The notes under the pieces were generated by a model, which had not been told where the DNA came from, made no database searches, and saw nothing but the letters and a program-made list of their open reading frames with translations. This document shows positions 26,901 through 40,736 of a DNA stretch of 64,000 nt, one piece after another (positions within the stretch are counted from its first letter, which is position 1; each line of letters begins with the position of its first letter). The stretch spans positions 36,952,001-37,016,000 of the forward strand of contig OZ024744.1 in assembly GCA_964016885.1 (NCBI GenBank), given 5' to 3'. Made by a program: the position numbers and the translations under genes. This stretch comes from Eledone cirrhosa. Taxonomy: Eukaryota.

Positions 26901-27151
26901 GTCTCTCTCACTCACACATTCTCTCTCTCTCTCTCTCACACACAATATCTCTCTCTCACACATTCTCTCTCTCACTCTCTCTCACACAAATTCTCTCTTT
27001 CTATGTCTCTCTCTCACACACATATTCTCTTTCTCTCTCTCACACATTCTCTCTCTCTCTCTATCACACATTCTCTCTCTCTCTCTCACATACATTCTCT
27101 CTCTCTCTCACACACATTATCTCTCTCTCTCCCTCTCTCCCTCACACACAC

Positions 27152-27182
<31 letters not shown>

Positions 27183-27372
27183 TTCTCACTCTCTCTCTTT
27201 ATCTCTATCTCTCACACATTCTCTCTCTCTCTCACGCACATTTTCTCTCTCTCTCTCACATTCTCTCTCTATCTCTCACACACACACATTCTCTCTCTGT
27301 CTCTCACACACATACTCTCTCTCTCTCACACACATTATCTCTCTCTCTCTCTCCCTCTCTCCCTCACACACT

Positions 27373-27404
<32 letters not shown>

Positions 27405-28016
27405 TTCTCACTCTCTCTCTTTATCTCTATCTCTCTCACATTCTCTCTCTATCTCTCACACACACACATTCTCTCTCTGTCTCTCACACATACTCTCTCT
27501 CTCTCACACACATTATCTCTCTCTCTCTCTCCCCTCTCTCCCTCACACACTCTCTCTCTCTCTCTCTCTCACACACACATTCTCACTCTCTCTCTTTATC
27601 TCTATCTCTCTCACATTCTCTCTCTATCTCTCACACACACACATTCTCTCTCTGTCTCTCACACATACTCTCTCTCTCTCACACACATTATCTCTCTCTC
27701 TCTCTCCCCTCTCTCCCTCACACACTCTCTCTCTCTCTCTCACACACACATTCTCATTCTCTCTCTTTATCTCTATCTCTCACACATTCTCTCTCTCTCT
27801 CTCTTTCTCCCACACATTCTCTTTCTCTCTCTCTCACACATTCTCTCTCCCTCTATCTCTCTCTCTCACACACGCACATTCTCTCTCTCTCTCTCTCACA
27901 AACGTTCTCTCTCTCTCTCTTTTTCTATTTCTCTCACATAATTCTCACTCTCTCTCTCTGTCTCTCTCACATTATCACTCTATCTCCCTCTCTCACACAC
28001 ACATTTCCCTCTCCCC

Positions 28017-28050
<34 letters not shown>

Positions 28051-28210
28051 TTTCCCTCTCCCTCTCTCTCTCTCTCTCTCTCACACACACGCACATTATC
28101 ACTCTCCCTCTCTCTCACACACACATTCTCTCTCTCTCATACACACACATTATCACCCTTTCTCTCTTTCACACACAAATTCTTACTCACTCTCTCTCTC
28201 TCTCTCTCAT
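26745..28210. repeat. Compound (CT)n/(CA)n microsatellite array with higher-order units
   Basis: Directly visible; it explains the spurious 312-aa ORF. Confidence 0.95.
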
Positions 28211-28684
28211 TCGCATTCTCTATTTTCTTCTCTCTCCCGTCCTTTCTCTCGCTCTTATTTGCTCTTCACTCCCGCCATCTCTCTTTCCCTGTTTCTATAT
28301 ATATATATACTCGTGCCGCTAATAATAAAACTGGCTGCTATTTTTAGCGCCACGAGTATGAGACGAGTTGGGCGCTGTAACATGTGCGTTTCAACAACAC
28401 ATATTTCTCAGTCTTCTTAAGTACTTTGAAGTGAAAGGTACGAATTTCCTGGATACCCGCAGAAGAGCACAGGAATAGTGACTTTCACTTAATAATTGTT
28501 GCGAAACAAATTTAGAATTTGTCCGGGTATCACGACCATTGCCAATATAGATTTGTTATTTTTATTGATTTATTACTTTAAATCGAGACAGGCAAACCAT
28601 ATTATTTTAAATTATTATTTTTCAACCTAGCTAACTTGGTCATTTGCAATTCGAACACATGTATAATTGTATCAGTGTTTATCC

Positions 28685-28728
<44 letters not shown>

Positions 28729-29024
28729 CACACACAAACATACACATACATACACATATACGCATATATAAATAAACGCACGTACACACAAACATACGCA
28801 TATATATACGTACGGCCACTCATACAAATAGGTACATACACTCATAAATATACACATATACACAGACACATATATTCAGTATAAAGATGAATTACGCTCT
28901 ACATGCGGAAAGATCAAATAGGTAAGAAGTACTTACATGACCATAGTGCCGTGTTTCGGGTCGAGAGGATGTAGGGTAGAGTGGGAAAGAGGTGGAAGGG
29001 GTATATAAAAAAAGGGATATTTTT

Positions 29025-29525
29025 TTAGCCATCTGGCATTAACACTGGCTTAAGGTATTTGAAAGTTGCAAAGTATTTGGGCATGCAATTCGGGCAGTGT
29101 TCAGAGAGTTTGTTCAGTAGCGGGCCCTTGGTAAATAATATTTCGTAGCTCTCTGAGATACAAAGCTCGCACACTTGTGTCCTCCCTTGGATGAGCACGC
29201 TTTCTGGAGTATTTTCATTTAAGCGTGAAGGGGGGTGGGGGTCCTTTTGAGGTCCCAAAAACAGGAGGCGAGTGTTGTCTGATTTGATTTGTCCGGTCTA
29301 CTGAAAGAGTGGGTATGGCAACCACCGGGTATAAAAATTATTGGAAGTTATGTCGATGTAAGTTTTTTGGTGTTGCTATCATCGGTGCGCGAGATGGCAT
29401 CACATTTGTATATGATGTTATTTATCAGGCATTTGTTTTCAAGTGGGCAGGGTTCCTTATTTACGCAGTTGCACAAGGCCTCAGTCCGGGATTCGGTTCG
29501 GAGGTGGTTGGCTTATTTAATTTTT
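29025..29525 (-). pseudogene. PLE GIY-YIG fragment
   Basis: CNCVNKEPCPLENKCLINNIIYKC..TYI and CELC..LNKLSE. Confidence 0.85.
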
Positions 29526-29559
29526 TAGAATGGTATATATGTATGTATATATATATATA

Positions 29560-31868
29560 TAACGGCGATGAATTAGTTTTGCGAGGTTTTTGATATGAAA
29601 TCGTGTGTCGAAACAAATATTGTTATACTTGGGGAGGGTCAACAGAACACACTCACTGTTTGGTTGGTTTTCGCTTCTGTGTCTTTTATATCGGTTAATT
29701 TAATTTATTCGGTCCTCAATGTTACCATTAACTGACCAACGGTCAAAAATACAGATACAATATAGACACAAAAAACATATATAACAAAAACATATATAAC
29801 AAAGTTCTTTCGTTGCACATCTGCAACATCGTCAGTGGTGCTATTATGTTTCCTCCCGTTGTATTGTATGACTACACCATCTTTATTTAGTCTGTTTATT
29901 TATTTATTTATTTGTTTATTTTTTGGTCTTCTCTGCGCATGCGTTTGCGTGTGTGGATAGTGTTTTGTTTGATGTGTGTTCGTGTTTGGGTGACTGTGTA
30001 TTGGTTATTGTATTCTATTTTAGTTTACTAGTGTGTTTATATGTGTTTGTTGATATTGTGCTTACTATTTAGACTTACATATGACACTGACTACCTAGAC
30101 AGCCATGACCTTAGACGTTTCTGCCCCAGTAGACCCATAAGAGGTAGACCTCCCCCCCACCATAACCTCAATGGCAAAAAAGACTCCCATGGGAAGGTGG
30201 ATTGTGTGGACCAAAGCTATACGGACCCCCCAAAACAATGATCAGGTAAGAAAAATGGTCGCACATGCAATAGGGACTAGTATCAAAACTAGCCTGAAGG
30301 GCCACATATTCAAATTCAAGGAGAAGATCTACACCCCAAACTAGGGAGCATCTATTGGCGTCAGCATATCTGGTGACGTTGCCAACCTTTTTATGGTATG
30401 GTGGGAAATGAGACTCAACGATCTTCTTGATGAGGGCTCCATAGACCTCATCATGTACTCTCGTTACGTAGACGACATCAATATAGTAATAAGGACATCC
30501 CCACAAGAGAGTACTAACAAGTTTGATTTAGAACGTAGCACAATAGAAAGCATCCAGCAGATAGCTAATTCCATACACCAGAGTATAACTGTAACTATCG
30601 ACTACCCTTCCAAACACCCTAACAATAAACTACCTGTATTAGACACGGAACTCTGGATTAACGCTATAGACGAGAGAGCCCAAATTCTCCACTCACACTA
30701 TGCTAAACCCATGGCCTCCATATACATGATACTAAAAAACTCAGCAATGTCCAGTAGTGCTAAGTTTAATATTCTGATCGCAGACTTGGTACGAGTGATG
30801 AAGAACGTGTCCCACATGTGCGACACAACAGAAATGGAAAGACACATCCAACACTTCATCAACCGCATGCAGTTCTCTGGCTACAACAAAAGAGACAGAA
30901 TCAGAGTATACAAAGGAGCCACAGAGAAGTATAAGACCCTCATAGAACTGGACATGAAAGGAATTTGCCCATTATACAGGAGCAAATCATGGAATAGCTT
31001 AGATAGGACTAGACATAAGATAGGGAAAGCCACCTCATGGTATGACAACCAGAAATACCAGAGCGTCGTGTTTGAGAGAAATTAGCTAACCAGTGTAGAA
31101 AGGCCCTGAGTAAGACCCACTTGAAATTAAGGTGGTAGAAAAGCCAAGAACCACCATAAAATTCCTGACCAGCAAAACCTAACCTTTTAAGAAAACCCAC
31201 TGTACTAAAAGGAAATGTATTATATCTAAAGTAAACCCCCGGATAAACTGTAAAACTAGAAACGTAGTCTATAGCATAAGATGTAGAGAGGGTACTTGCA
31301 GAAACATTACAACAACATACATAGGCGAGACAGCTCGTAGCATATGTAAAAGGATATACCTACACTGGGGGGAACTAAAAGGAAGAAAAAAGGGTTCAGT
31401 ACTATACGAAAATGCCAGAGAACAAACGACAATAACATAGACAACATAGAAATTAGAATAATATCTAAACATAGAAATGACCCAGCAGATAGGCAAATCT
31501 GCGAGGCCAGCGAAATAGAACTTAGAAGGCCAAGGCTAAACAGAAAAAATGAATGGAATAACAACACCCAAACAAACAACACTGACCTAAGAGAAGTATA
31601 AATAAATAAATAAATACATACACAAGCACAATAAAAACAAACACATATAAACACACTAGTAAACTAAGATAGAATACAATAACCAATAGACAGTCACACA
31701 AACACGAACACACATCAAACAAAACACTATACACACACGCAAACGCATGCGCAGAGAAGACAAAAAAATAAACAAATAAATAAATAAATAAACAGACTAA
31801 ATAAAGATGGCGTAGGCATACAATACAACGGGAGGAAACATAATAGCACAATGACGATGTTGCAGATG
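29560..31868 (+). mobile_element. 5'-truncated AIG-type (Naiad-like) PLE with inverted 5' pLTR; coding ~30067-31590; HHR at 29799-29838 (-)
   Basis: 29816-30064 inverts 31623-31868. Motifs SIGVSISG..ANLFMVWW, RYVDD, LPVLD and YIGETAR. HHR reads CTGACGA-T-GTTGCA gatg TGCAAC-GAAA-GAAC-TT. Confidence 0.88.
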
Positions 31869-32021
31869 GGAATTGAACTGACAACCATTCAATTGCAAGG
31901 CCAATGTTCTAACCACTAAGCCATGTGCCTCCACATATATATATACATATACATAATCGTGAACGAGAGAATAAAGACCATCAAACCTGGTTGAAATGTG
32001 AGCAAATATATATATATATAT

Positions 32022-32134
32022 ATAGGAACCAGTAAGACCCCGACAGCTGAGCTCAAGCCGTTTCGACGGCTAATTCTGAGAATTAGCCGTCGAAACGGCT
32101 TGAGCTCAGCTGTCGGGGTCTTACTGGTTCCTAT
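32022..32134. repeat. Perfect 113-bp palindrome (1-nt centre at 32078), nested inside a second inverted repeat (31956-32010 and 32308-32361)
   Basis: Arms read base by base as reverse complements. Confidence 0.9.
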
Positions 32135-32210
32135 TATCCACTCTACTACCTCAAGTATTGAGTACTTTGGTGCGTTATGGTCCACCTGGTTCCTTACCAC
32201 ATTTCCTTCG

Positions 32211-32271
<61 letters not shown>

Positions 32272-32656
32272 CTCACATTTCAACCAGGTTTGATGGTCTT
32301 TATTCTCATATTTGCTCACATTTCAACCAGGTTTGATGGTCTTTATTCTCTCGTTCACGATTTCACCGAACTTAAATTCATAGAAATCTGGGACTTGTTT
32401 CCTCCTTCCTCATTTTCTGTTTCCTCACCATTTTGTTTCTTTACTTTCGCGTCCCCTATATTTACGTGTCCCAACGACTTTTTTTAGCCGTTGCTCGCAC
32501 CAACCGGAGGTATATGGTCTTTAAAGCGATGAAATACCTATGATAGTTGTAAGATCACTGATGAAGGACAAACTTTTTTCATATGTAACCCATTTGCAAC
32601 TCCGCAGCGCCCTTATTATCATTTATATATATATATATATGGAGGCACATATATAT

Positions 32657-32724
<68 letters not shown>

Positions 32725-32730
<6 letters not shown>

Positions 32731-34309
32731 CGTAAAATAAGAAAATTAAAAAAATTTTTTTTTTTTAAATTTTAACTTACTTAAATTTTCACTCCAACTA
32801 ATTAGTGTCTGCAATGGGATAAAGACAGTTACGTAATCCAACTGTCGAGAATTCATTGCGTCATCAGGGAGTCTATTCTCAGCTAAGTCTCCAGGCAATG
32901 CGCGGACACAGGGGACTCATATAAAAATAATAATAATTCGGTAGATGGAACAGCTAGCGGGGGCTGAATTCCATGCACCGAAATCCTCGCTGTCTCTGGT
33001 CAAATGGCCGATTCTAAAGAATCAATCACGTGACACAGAGGCTAGTCAGTAGGAATGGGATGGTAAGATGACAGACGCCTACTAACACCCCCAAAAAATT
33101 TAGAAGTGGTTTTGGCAGGTTTGCTCGACAAATCAGTGATTTGGATATAAATATAGATAATTTAATATATCTACTAACATAAGCGCACAGATGCACGCTA
33201 ATGCCAGCAAATACACAGGTTATGTCATAGTACCTAGGTGGTTCAATGCAGGAGGATGCAGAACAATAATATAAAAGACGTAAAATTTGGGGGTGTTAGT
33301 AGGCGTCTTCATCTTACCATCCCATTCCTACTGACTAGCCTCTGTGTCACGTGATTGATTCTTTAGAATCGGCCATTTGACCAGAGACAGCGAGGATTTC
33401 GGTGCATGGAATTCAGCCCCCGCTAGCTATTCCATCTACCGAATTATTATTATTTTTACATGAGTCACCAGTGTCCGCGCATTGCCTGGAGACTTAGCTG
33501 AGAATAGACTCCCTGATGACGCAATGAATTCTCGACAGTTGGATTACGTAACTGTCTTTATCCCATTGCAGAAACTAATTAGTTGGAGTGAAAATTTAAG
33601 TAAGTAAGTTAAAATTTAAAAAAAAAATGTTTTTTTAAATTTTCTTATTTTACGTCTTTTATATTATTGTTCTGCATCCTCCTGCATTGAACCACCTAGG
33701 TACTATGACATAACCTGTGTATGTGCTGGCATTAGCGTGCATCTGTGCGCTTATGTTAGTAGATATATTAAATTATCTATATTTATCTCCAAATCACTGA
33801 TTTGTCGAGCAAACTGCCAAAACCACTTCTAAATTTTTTTGGGGCGTGTTAGTAGGCGTCTTCATCTTACCATCCCATTCCTACTGACTAGCCTCTGTGT
33901 CACGTCATTGATTCTTTAGAATCGGCCATTTGACCAGAGACAGCGAGGATTTCGGTGCATGGAATTTAGCCCCCGCTAGCTGTTCCATCTACCGAATTAT
34001 TATTATTTTTATATGAGTCCCCAGTGTCCGCGCATTGCCTGGAGACTTAGCTGAGAATAGACTCCCTGATGACGCAATGAATTCTCGACAGTTGGATTAC
34101 GTAACTGTCTTTATCCCATTGCAGAAACTAATTAGTTGGAGTGAAAATTTAAGTAAGTTAAAATTTAAAAAAAAAATTTTTTTTTTAATTTTCTTATTTT
34201 ACGTCTTTTATATTATTGTTCTGCATCCTCCTGCATTGAACCACCTAGGTACTATGACATAACCTGTGTATTTGCTGGCATTAGCGTGCATCTGTGCGCT
34301 TATGTTAGT

Positions 34310-34312
<3 letters not shown>
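32725..34312 (+). mobile_element. ORF-less element: one inverted plus two tandem ~553 nt HHR units (HHRs at 32791-32872 -, 33508-33589 +, 34061-34142 +)
   Basis: ACTCC-CTGATGA-C-GCAATG..GACAGTT/AACTGTC..CATTGC-A-GAAA-CTAATTAG-TT-GGAGT. Units are near-identical, with (TA)n at both ends. Confidence 0.88.
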
Positions 34313-34383
<71 letters not shown>

Positions 34384-34385
<2 letters not shown>

Positions 34386-34715
34386 AGGCACATGGCTTAG
34401 TGGTTAGAACATTGGCCTTGCAATCGAATGGTTGTCAGTTCAATTCCCAGACCGGGTGATGTGTTGTTTCCTTCAGCAAGACACTTTATTTCACATTGCT
34501 CCAGTTTACTCAGCTGAAATGAGATGATAGGGACTGGGGTCCATATCATTCCACTGCAAAGTGGTCGTGGATGTGCCACGGCAGAAAAGCACCCACCACT
34601 CACTGTAAATGACGCTGGTGTTAGGAAGGGCATCCAGCTGTAGAAAATCAACCCAAATCAGTTCCCGTCCCACCCTTGCAAGCAGGGAAAAAGCGGACGT
34701 AAAATGAAATGATGA
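34384..34715 (+). mobile_element. tRNA-derived CORE-like SINE (inverted partner at 35075-35398; head fragment at 31869-31932 -)
   Basis: A-box TGGCTTAGTGG, B-box GTTCAATTCC, CCTT(C/G)AGCAAGACACTTT, and an (ATG)n tail. Confidence 0.85.
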
Positions 34716-35074
34716 TATATATATATAATATATTTTTTATTTATATGTATATATATATGTATGTGTTTGTATATATGTATATATATGTGTATGTATGTGT
34801 GTATGTATGTATTTATGTGTATGTATATGTATATATATGTGTATATATATATAATATATATATATACACATATATATATATACATATACATACACATAAA
34901 TACATACATACACATATAGTACATATATATGTTTTTATTTATATATACATGTGTGTATGTATTTGTGTGTATGCATATGTATATATATATATATATGTGT
35001 GTATCTGTATATATATATACATGTTTTTATTTATATATATATGTGTGTATGTATTTGTGTATCATCATTTCATT

Positions 35075-35397
35075 CATCATCATCATTTCATTTTACGTCC
35101 GCTTTTCCCTGCTTGCAGGGGTGGGACGGGAACTGATTCTGGCTTGATTTCTACAGCTGGATGCCCTTCCTAACACCAACCCCATTTACAGTGAGTGGTG
35201 GGTGCTTTTTGCCGTGGTACCTCCACGACTACTTTGCAGTGGAATGATAGGGACCCCAGTCCTATCAACTCATTTCTACAGCTGAGTAAACTAGAAAGTG
35301 TCTTGCTCAAGGAAGCAACACGTCACCCGGTCTGACGATTGAACTCACAACCTTTTGATTGCAAGGCCAATGCTCTAACCACTAAGCCATGTGCCTC

Positions 35398-35398
<1 letters not shown>
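35075..35398 (-). mobile_element. Second copy of the same SINE family
   Basis: Reverse complement of 34384-34715. Confidence 0.85.
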
Positions 35399-35455
<57 letters not shown>

Positions 35456-36079
35456 TTTATATATATATGTGTATATGTATGTGTGTGTATGTATATATAT
35501 GTATATATATATATATGTATGTGTATATGTATATATATATATGTAAGTGTATGTATGTGTGTATGTGCGTCTATATATACATATATATATATATATGTGT
35601 GTGTGAGTATATAAATATATGCATATGTCTGTATATATGCATATATAGTTTAATATATGAAAAACAAAGATGTAGCACAAATGATACGGTTTTTGATTTC
35701 ACGCTATATATATATATATAACTAGAAATAGATTGACATATATATATATATATAAAATAAACATATGAAACAATCACAGGGAATAATTTGTAAAGTGTGT
35801 AAGCACACATAGCTAGGTAGGTAACTAATTAAAGTTTAACTAGAACTTCAAATACAGATACCTTTTAAAATGATTAATCTCCTTTGTGTATATTTCTTTA
35901 AATAAAAAATATATTTCACCAATTAATCGGTAAATCACAGTAGTCAAAAAAATGCGGATGGTCAGCAAAGGAGAAGATCCAACTATCTGTGTTTACACAG
36001 CAAATGCAAATCTGTGAATGACTCGTACCACGTGTTGCATTTAAAAAAAAAATACACACACATATATATATATAACTCT

Positions 36080-36518
36080 TAAGAGTCAATGGCGATCCAA
36101 AATCACCGGGAGAGATGACCCCTTAGCCTTTGTTAAGGAAGAATTCTAGGAGAAGGAAAACTCTGATATAACACCTGCAACTCTGATGGTATCCACTGAT
36201 GTTGACTTGTTCTTCTTTTTGGTAAATATCATCTTGGTTAAGAGAGTGGGACTGGCTTTGTGCAGTGCCTTTGCTCACTGTAAAAGCTTCACGGCACAGG
36301 CATTGCTTTATATCTGGAGATCTCTCTGCACTTGTCGTCACATGGTACCATGGGCCCAGCACTATGTGTCAATCATTGTCACATGTGTAGTGTTTGTACC
36401 AGAGTTTCCAAGTCGCTGGCTAGACTAAAAAGTCACACTCGTTCAGCGCATCGGTGGGGTTCTCCTACATAGATATAAAGTAGTGGCCGTACTCGAAAAC
36501 GAGTTGGCAGCCACCATA
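36080..36518 (+). mobile_element. RTE-tailed short non-autonomous element
   Basis: Ends TGGCCGTACTCGAAAACGAGTTGGCAGCCACCAT, like the RTE 3' end. Confidence 0.6.
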
Positions 36519-36849
36519 GATGTATGTGTGTGTGTGCGAGTGTACTCATGAGAGCGTGTGTGCGTGTGTGCGTGTACATGTATGTATATGTAAGTATGTG
36601 TGTATGTGTATATATATATGTATGTGTATATATATGTCTATATATATAAATATATATTTATATGTATATATATATGTATGCGTATGTATGTACACACACA
36701 TATATATACATATATGTCTATGTATATATTTGTATATATATATGTATATGTACCATTATGTATGTTTGTTGTATGCGTCTCTGCCTGTGTGTGCGTGCGT
36801 GTATGTGTGTGTACGTGTGTATCTGGGCGGGTGTTGGAATGGGTGCGTC

Positions 36850-37325
36850 GACACCTAGAATATATATTAAGAGAAACTTCACAATAAGGGGTCTCACCCC
36901 AACACTTGAATCTGTTGATGGAACCCTTTCTGCTTTTACACCCTTACTTCAGCTTTGAAGAATTAGCTTCTAAAGAATTTCCCTTTTCTTTAAGCCATTG
37001 AACCCCACCCATCCTGTAGACACCTGTCTTATAGGCATTGTTAGTCTAAGTGATAAACTAGGATTCGTATTCCAAATATGATTTTGTTTACAGTATCCTT
37101 TCTGCCTTTATTACTATTATAGCTCTAAAGAATTAGCTTTTAATGAACTCCCTTTTCTTTAAATCCTTTAACCAATGACCTACACCCATCCCAATATCCA
37201 CCCTCTCCTACCACCAGATAAGGAAAGATATAAATACTACCATTTATTTGGACAGCCAGCTTCCTGATGATTTCTCACGAATGAAACAGTTCTAGTCCTG
37301 CAGAATCTCTTCTTTATTAAAACTA
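36850..37325 (+). mobile_element. Possible PLE 3' tail with HHR-like motif at ~37251-37298
   Basis: Frameshifted LRET..IRGLTPTL-like EN C-terminus. Motif reads CTGATGA-T-TTC tcac GAA-T-GAAA-CAG-TT, with poor stem I. Confidence 0.4.
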
Positions 37326-37984
37326 TATACATATATATATATATATGTGTGTGTGTGCGTGTGTGTGTATGTGCGTGCATATGTATATATATATATGCGT
37401 GTGTGTGTGTAATAAGAGAGGTAGCTAGCACCAGTCAAAATAGGTAGAGCATTGGACAAAACGCTTATGTTATTTAATCATGTGTCTTTAAGTTCTCATT
37501 AAATTCATTCCCGGTGTAAACATATCAAACTACAGCCTCGCCTTCATTCCCGCTTAGGTTTCCTTCTGGTAATCTGAATTCGCTCCCTTTCACATTTGTA
37601 TTACCCTTGTTGGTTTCTTAACTTAAGAATGTTTTCAAATTATCCCCGCATTATATTTCATCTTTTACTGATTTAGCTAAATATCTATTGTCTACCACTC
37701 TTATATAAAAGACGTGACACATACACATTTTTAAGTTGTACAAAATACGAGAGAATCACAGAAATAGAATACCTTTCTCCATCCCACCATTTCCTTAGCT
37801 TTTTTTGATGTTGTTGTTCTTCTCATTCTTCTTCTTCTTCTTCTCCTTCTTCTCTTCCTCCTCATTCATATTTTCCTCCTCCTCCCCTTCTTCCTTTGCT
37901 CCTCCTCCTCCTCCTCCCCCTCCTCCTTCTCCTTCTCCCCCCTCCTCCTTCTCCCCCTCCTCCCCTCCTCCTTCTCCTCCTTCT

Positions 37985-38635
37985 TCGTCCACTTATTGCT
38001 GACAGGGTCATGGGGGCAGAGTCCTCAACAACTCCCTCCAGCGGGTCCTGTCAGAAGCAGCTGTCTCCAAATAATCGGGCTGGATCACCAAGAGAAACTA
38101 GCCAAGCGCATGGATGTTATCCAACAAACTTACTTCGGGTTTTCCCCTGGGTCTCCTGTCGGTTGGTGTTACCCGTAAAATCTGTCCAGCAGTTCTTTAC
38201 TGAGACATTGTAACCATATGCCTATAGTTTCGGAGCTGTGATCTTTCAATTCAGAGAAGTATCAGCTCTACCTGGAGTGATTCTCTGATTTCGAAGCTAT
38301 GCATTTTATCGAGTGACGTACTCTAAAGACCCTTCGGAGGAGTCCCATTTCGGCCGCTTTGATTCGCGATTGTACTCATTACCCAAGATTCATGATCATA
38401 GGTAAGGGCTGGCTAAAAAACCGAATTGAAGATAGCGAGTTTGGCTTTTACACCTACCTCACCTCTTCTGATTACTGAATGCTAAATCTGGCGCATTATT
38501 GGACCAGATTTTGCAATTCTTACACTTAATTCAGCCTCCTGCCTTCCATCATTCGTGAACACGGCCTCGATATACTTGAACTTTTCTACCTGCGTCAGTG
38601 GAACTCCATTCACATGTAGAGTGCACTTGGAATTG
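37985..38635 (-). mobile_element. 3' fragment of an RTE-clade (Rex3/Expander-like) LINE with purine-rich simple-repeat tail (37815-37985)
   Basis: NGVPLTQVEKFKYI..FTNDG..RIAK..PALTYDHESWVM. Confidence 0.75.
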
Positions 38636-39596
38636 TCTGAACTATCGGAAAAACCACGGTAATTTCACTACGAAACAAAATTAGCCGAATGTAAAACTGT
38701 ATCGCCATGAAAACAGCCATTCACATCAGTTGATGCGCCATAATATTCGCTGAACATCACTTTTTCTTCCCATTTTACAACTATTTAGTGTTTATTTCCA
38801 TGTTTTATATTTAGTGTAAATAACGAATGGCAAGCGCATCGAGGGCTGGGGAGATGGTACTGCTTACTTTTTTCAGGGGGCATCTTATCCGGCGAATATA
38901 TACCTAAATCTGAATTACACCTCAGAATTTTAGGGGTCAACCTATGCACCGGATCGACTTGTATGCCGGCATATATGGTATTTACATTAATTATGTTACC
39001 AAACACTGTTATTTATATCATAATTTAATTTACATATGTTTCATTCTCCTGGGTATCCTCGGAATTAACCAAGATGTAAATATCTCAACATGTTCATCTT
39101 TTCCAAACGGTCAATAATCTGTAGAACCTTTTGTTTACATTTTCAAAAAGACTGCAGTCATAATAGGAAATAGTCCGTACTATGTGTAGCATAACAGTTA
39201 ATTCACACGGACACACAAGCAAATGTGTATACATTAAAATAGTCTTGTAATCATAGGCAATATTACTTCTTTTACATCATACAATTTTGTATAAAGGCCA
39301 AAATGTAGATGCATGCATCCACGCACACACAAATACACCCATATAATTACGGCACACCCATCCATGCACGCACACATGCTCACACACACGCACATATCAG
39401 TCAATATATAAATGCACGTATACAGGTATATGAGTATAAATATCAACATTAATAATAACATGACAAATTAATTGGGTTAGTGAATCTACCAATACATTCT
39501 ACCCCAGAAACAATACATGTACTACAGTAATTAATTAAGGAAAACCACTCACATATTTTAAGTTGGTAGCTCCCCCAAACTCTACCAGCATATACA

Positions 39597-39683
<87 letters not shown>

Positions 39684-39855
39684 CCACACGCACACCTACT
39701 CTACACTATCCAGAATATATATGTATGTGTATGCCTGCATATATGTTTGGTATCATATGTAAAAATTCGCTCTATGTCTGAATAGGCTTGCACATTAGGA
39801 CATTATATGTTTTCTTTTTAAAATTGTATGTAGCCGTACTAAAGTTTATTATACC

Positions 39856-40060
39856 GGGTGGTGGATTGGCAGTATCGGTATAGCGTCAGACACCATGCTT
39901 TGCAGCATAGAGTCATAGCCCTTTACTTTCTGAGTTCAAATCCCGCCGAAGATAACTTTGCCTTTCATCCTTACGGGGTCCATAAAACAGAGTTCCATAA
40001 AATAAAGAGTTCCACTGGGGCAATTGCTGGCCTTGTGCCAAAAGTAGAAACAATTATAAT
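39856..40060 (+). mobile_element. tRNA-derived SINE (Meta-domain-like core)
   Basis: GAGTTCAAATCCCGCCG..CTTTGCCTTTCATCCTTACGGGGTC; same family as 52919-53103. Confidence 0.8.
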
Positions 40061-40144
40061 AAATTATCGTATCTCGAGCTGATATAACTTTTTTCATCTA
40101 CATCTTTCCAGTTTTTATATTTCAAAACAAATTTCTTTATATGA

Positions 40145-40199
<55 letters not shown>

Positions 40200-40437
40200 A
40201 ATATATAGAGAAACACACAGATAAATGCGTACACATACATACACATGAATATATCCACATATATCCCTGAGTTAATGGTACCAACCTCAACCGATGTTGC
40301 TCTATGAATAACTGGGACAAACCAATTCGAATGGATTAGACTGATTCAGTATCAGAGCTATATAATACATTATGAAGAGAGAAGAAACATTAGATATAAT
40401 TAGTAATAAGATATATCATACCAAAATTGCTTCTATA

Positions 40438-40494
40438 GTCCCCGACTACGTAGTTTCGTGGCATATTACGCAAAAACACTACATCATAGAGATA
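40438..40494 (-). ncRNA. Degenerate hammerhead motif
   Basis: TCTCT-ATGATGT-A-GTG..CAC-GAAA-CTACGTAG-TC-GGGGA, with two core substitutions. Confidence 0.4.
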
Positions 40495-40736
40495 TAGAGT
40501 TTTTGTGAGGTCTGCCGACTTATCAAGAGGATATCTCATTAAGGGTTTCAAAACACGTCTGTGATGCGCGAGATAGAATCTCGAAAAGGCGGAGGGGAGT
40601 CAATCACGTGATACAGCGGTCAGGAAACAGAGCTAAGCCACTTTTAACCCTGAAAAAAATACCACGGAGGCGGAGGGGGGATTTATATCATAGCCGTAGT
40701 ATAATGTAGTATAATGTATTATACATATATATATAT

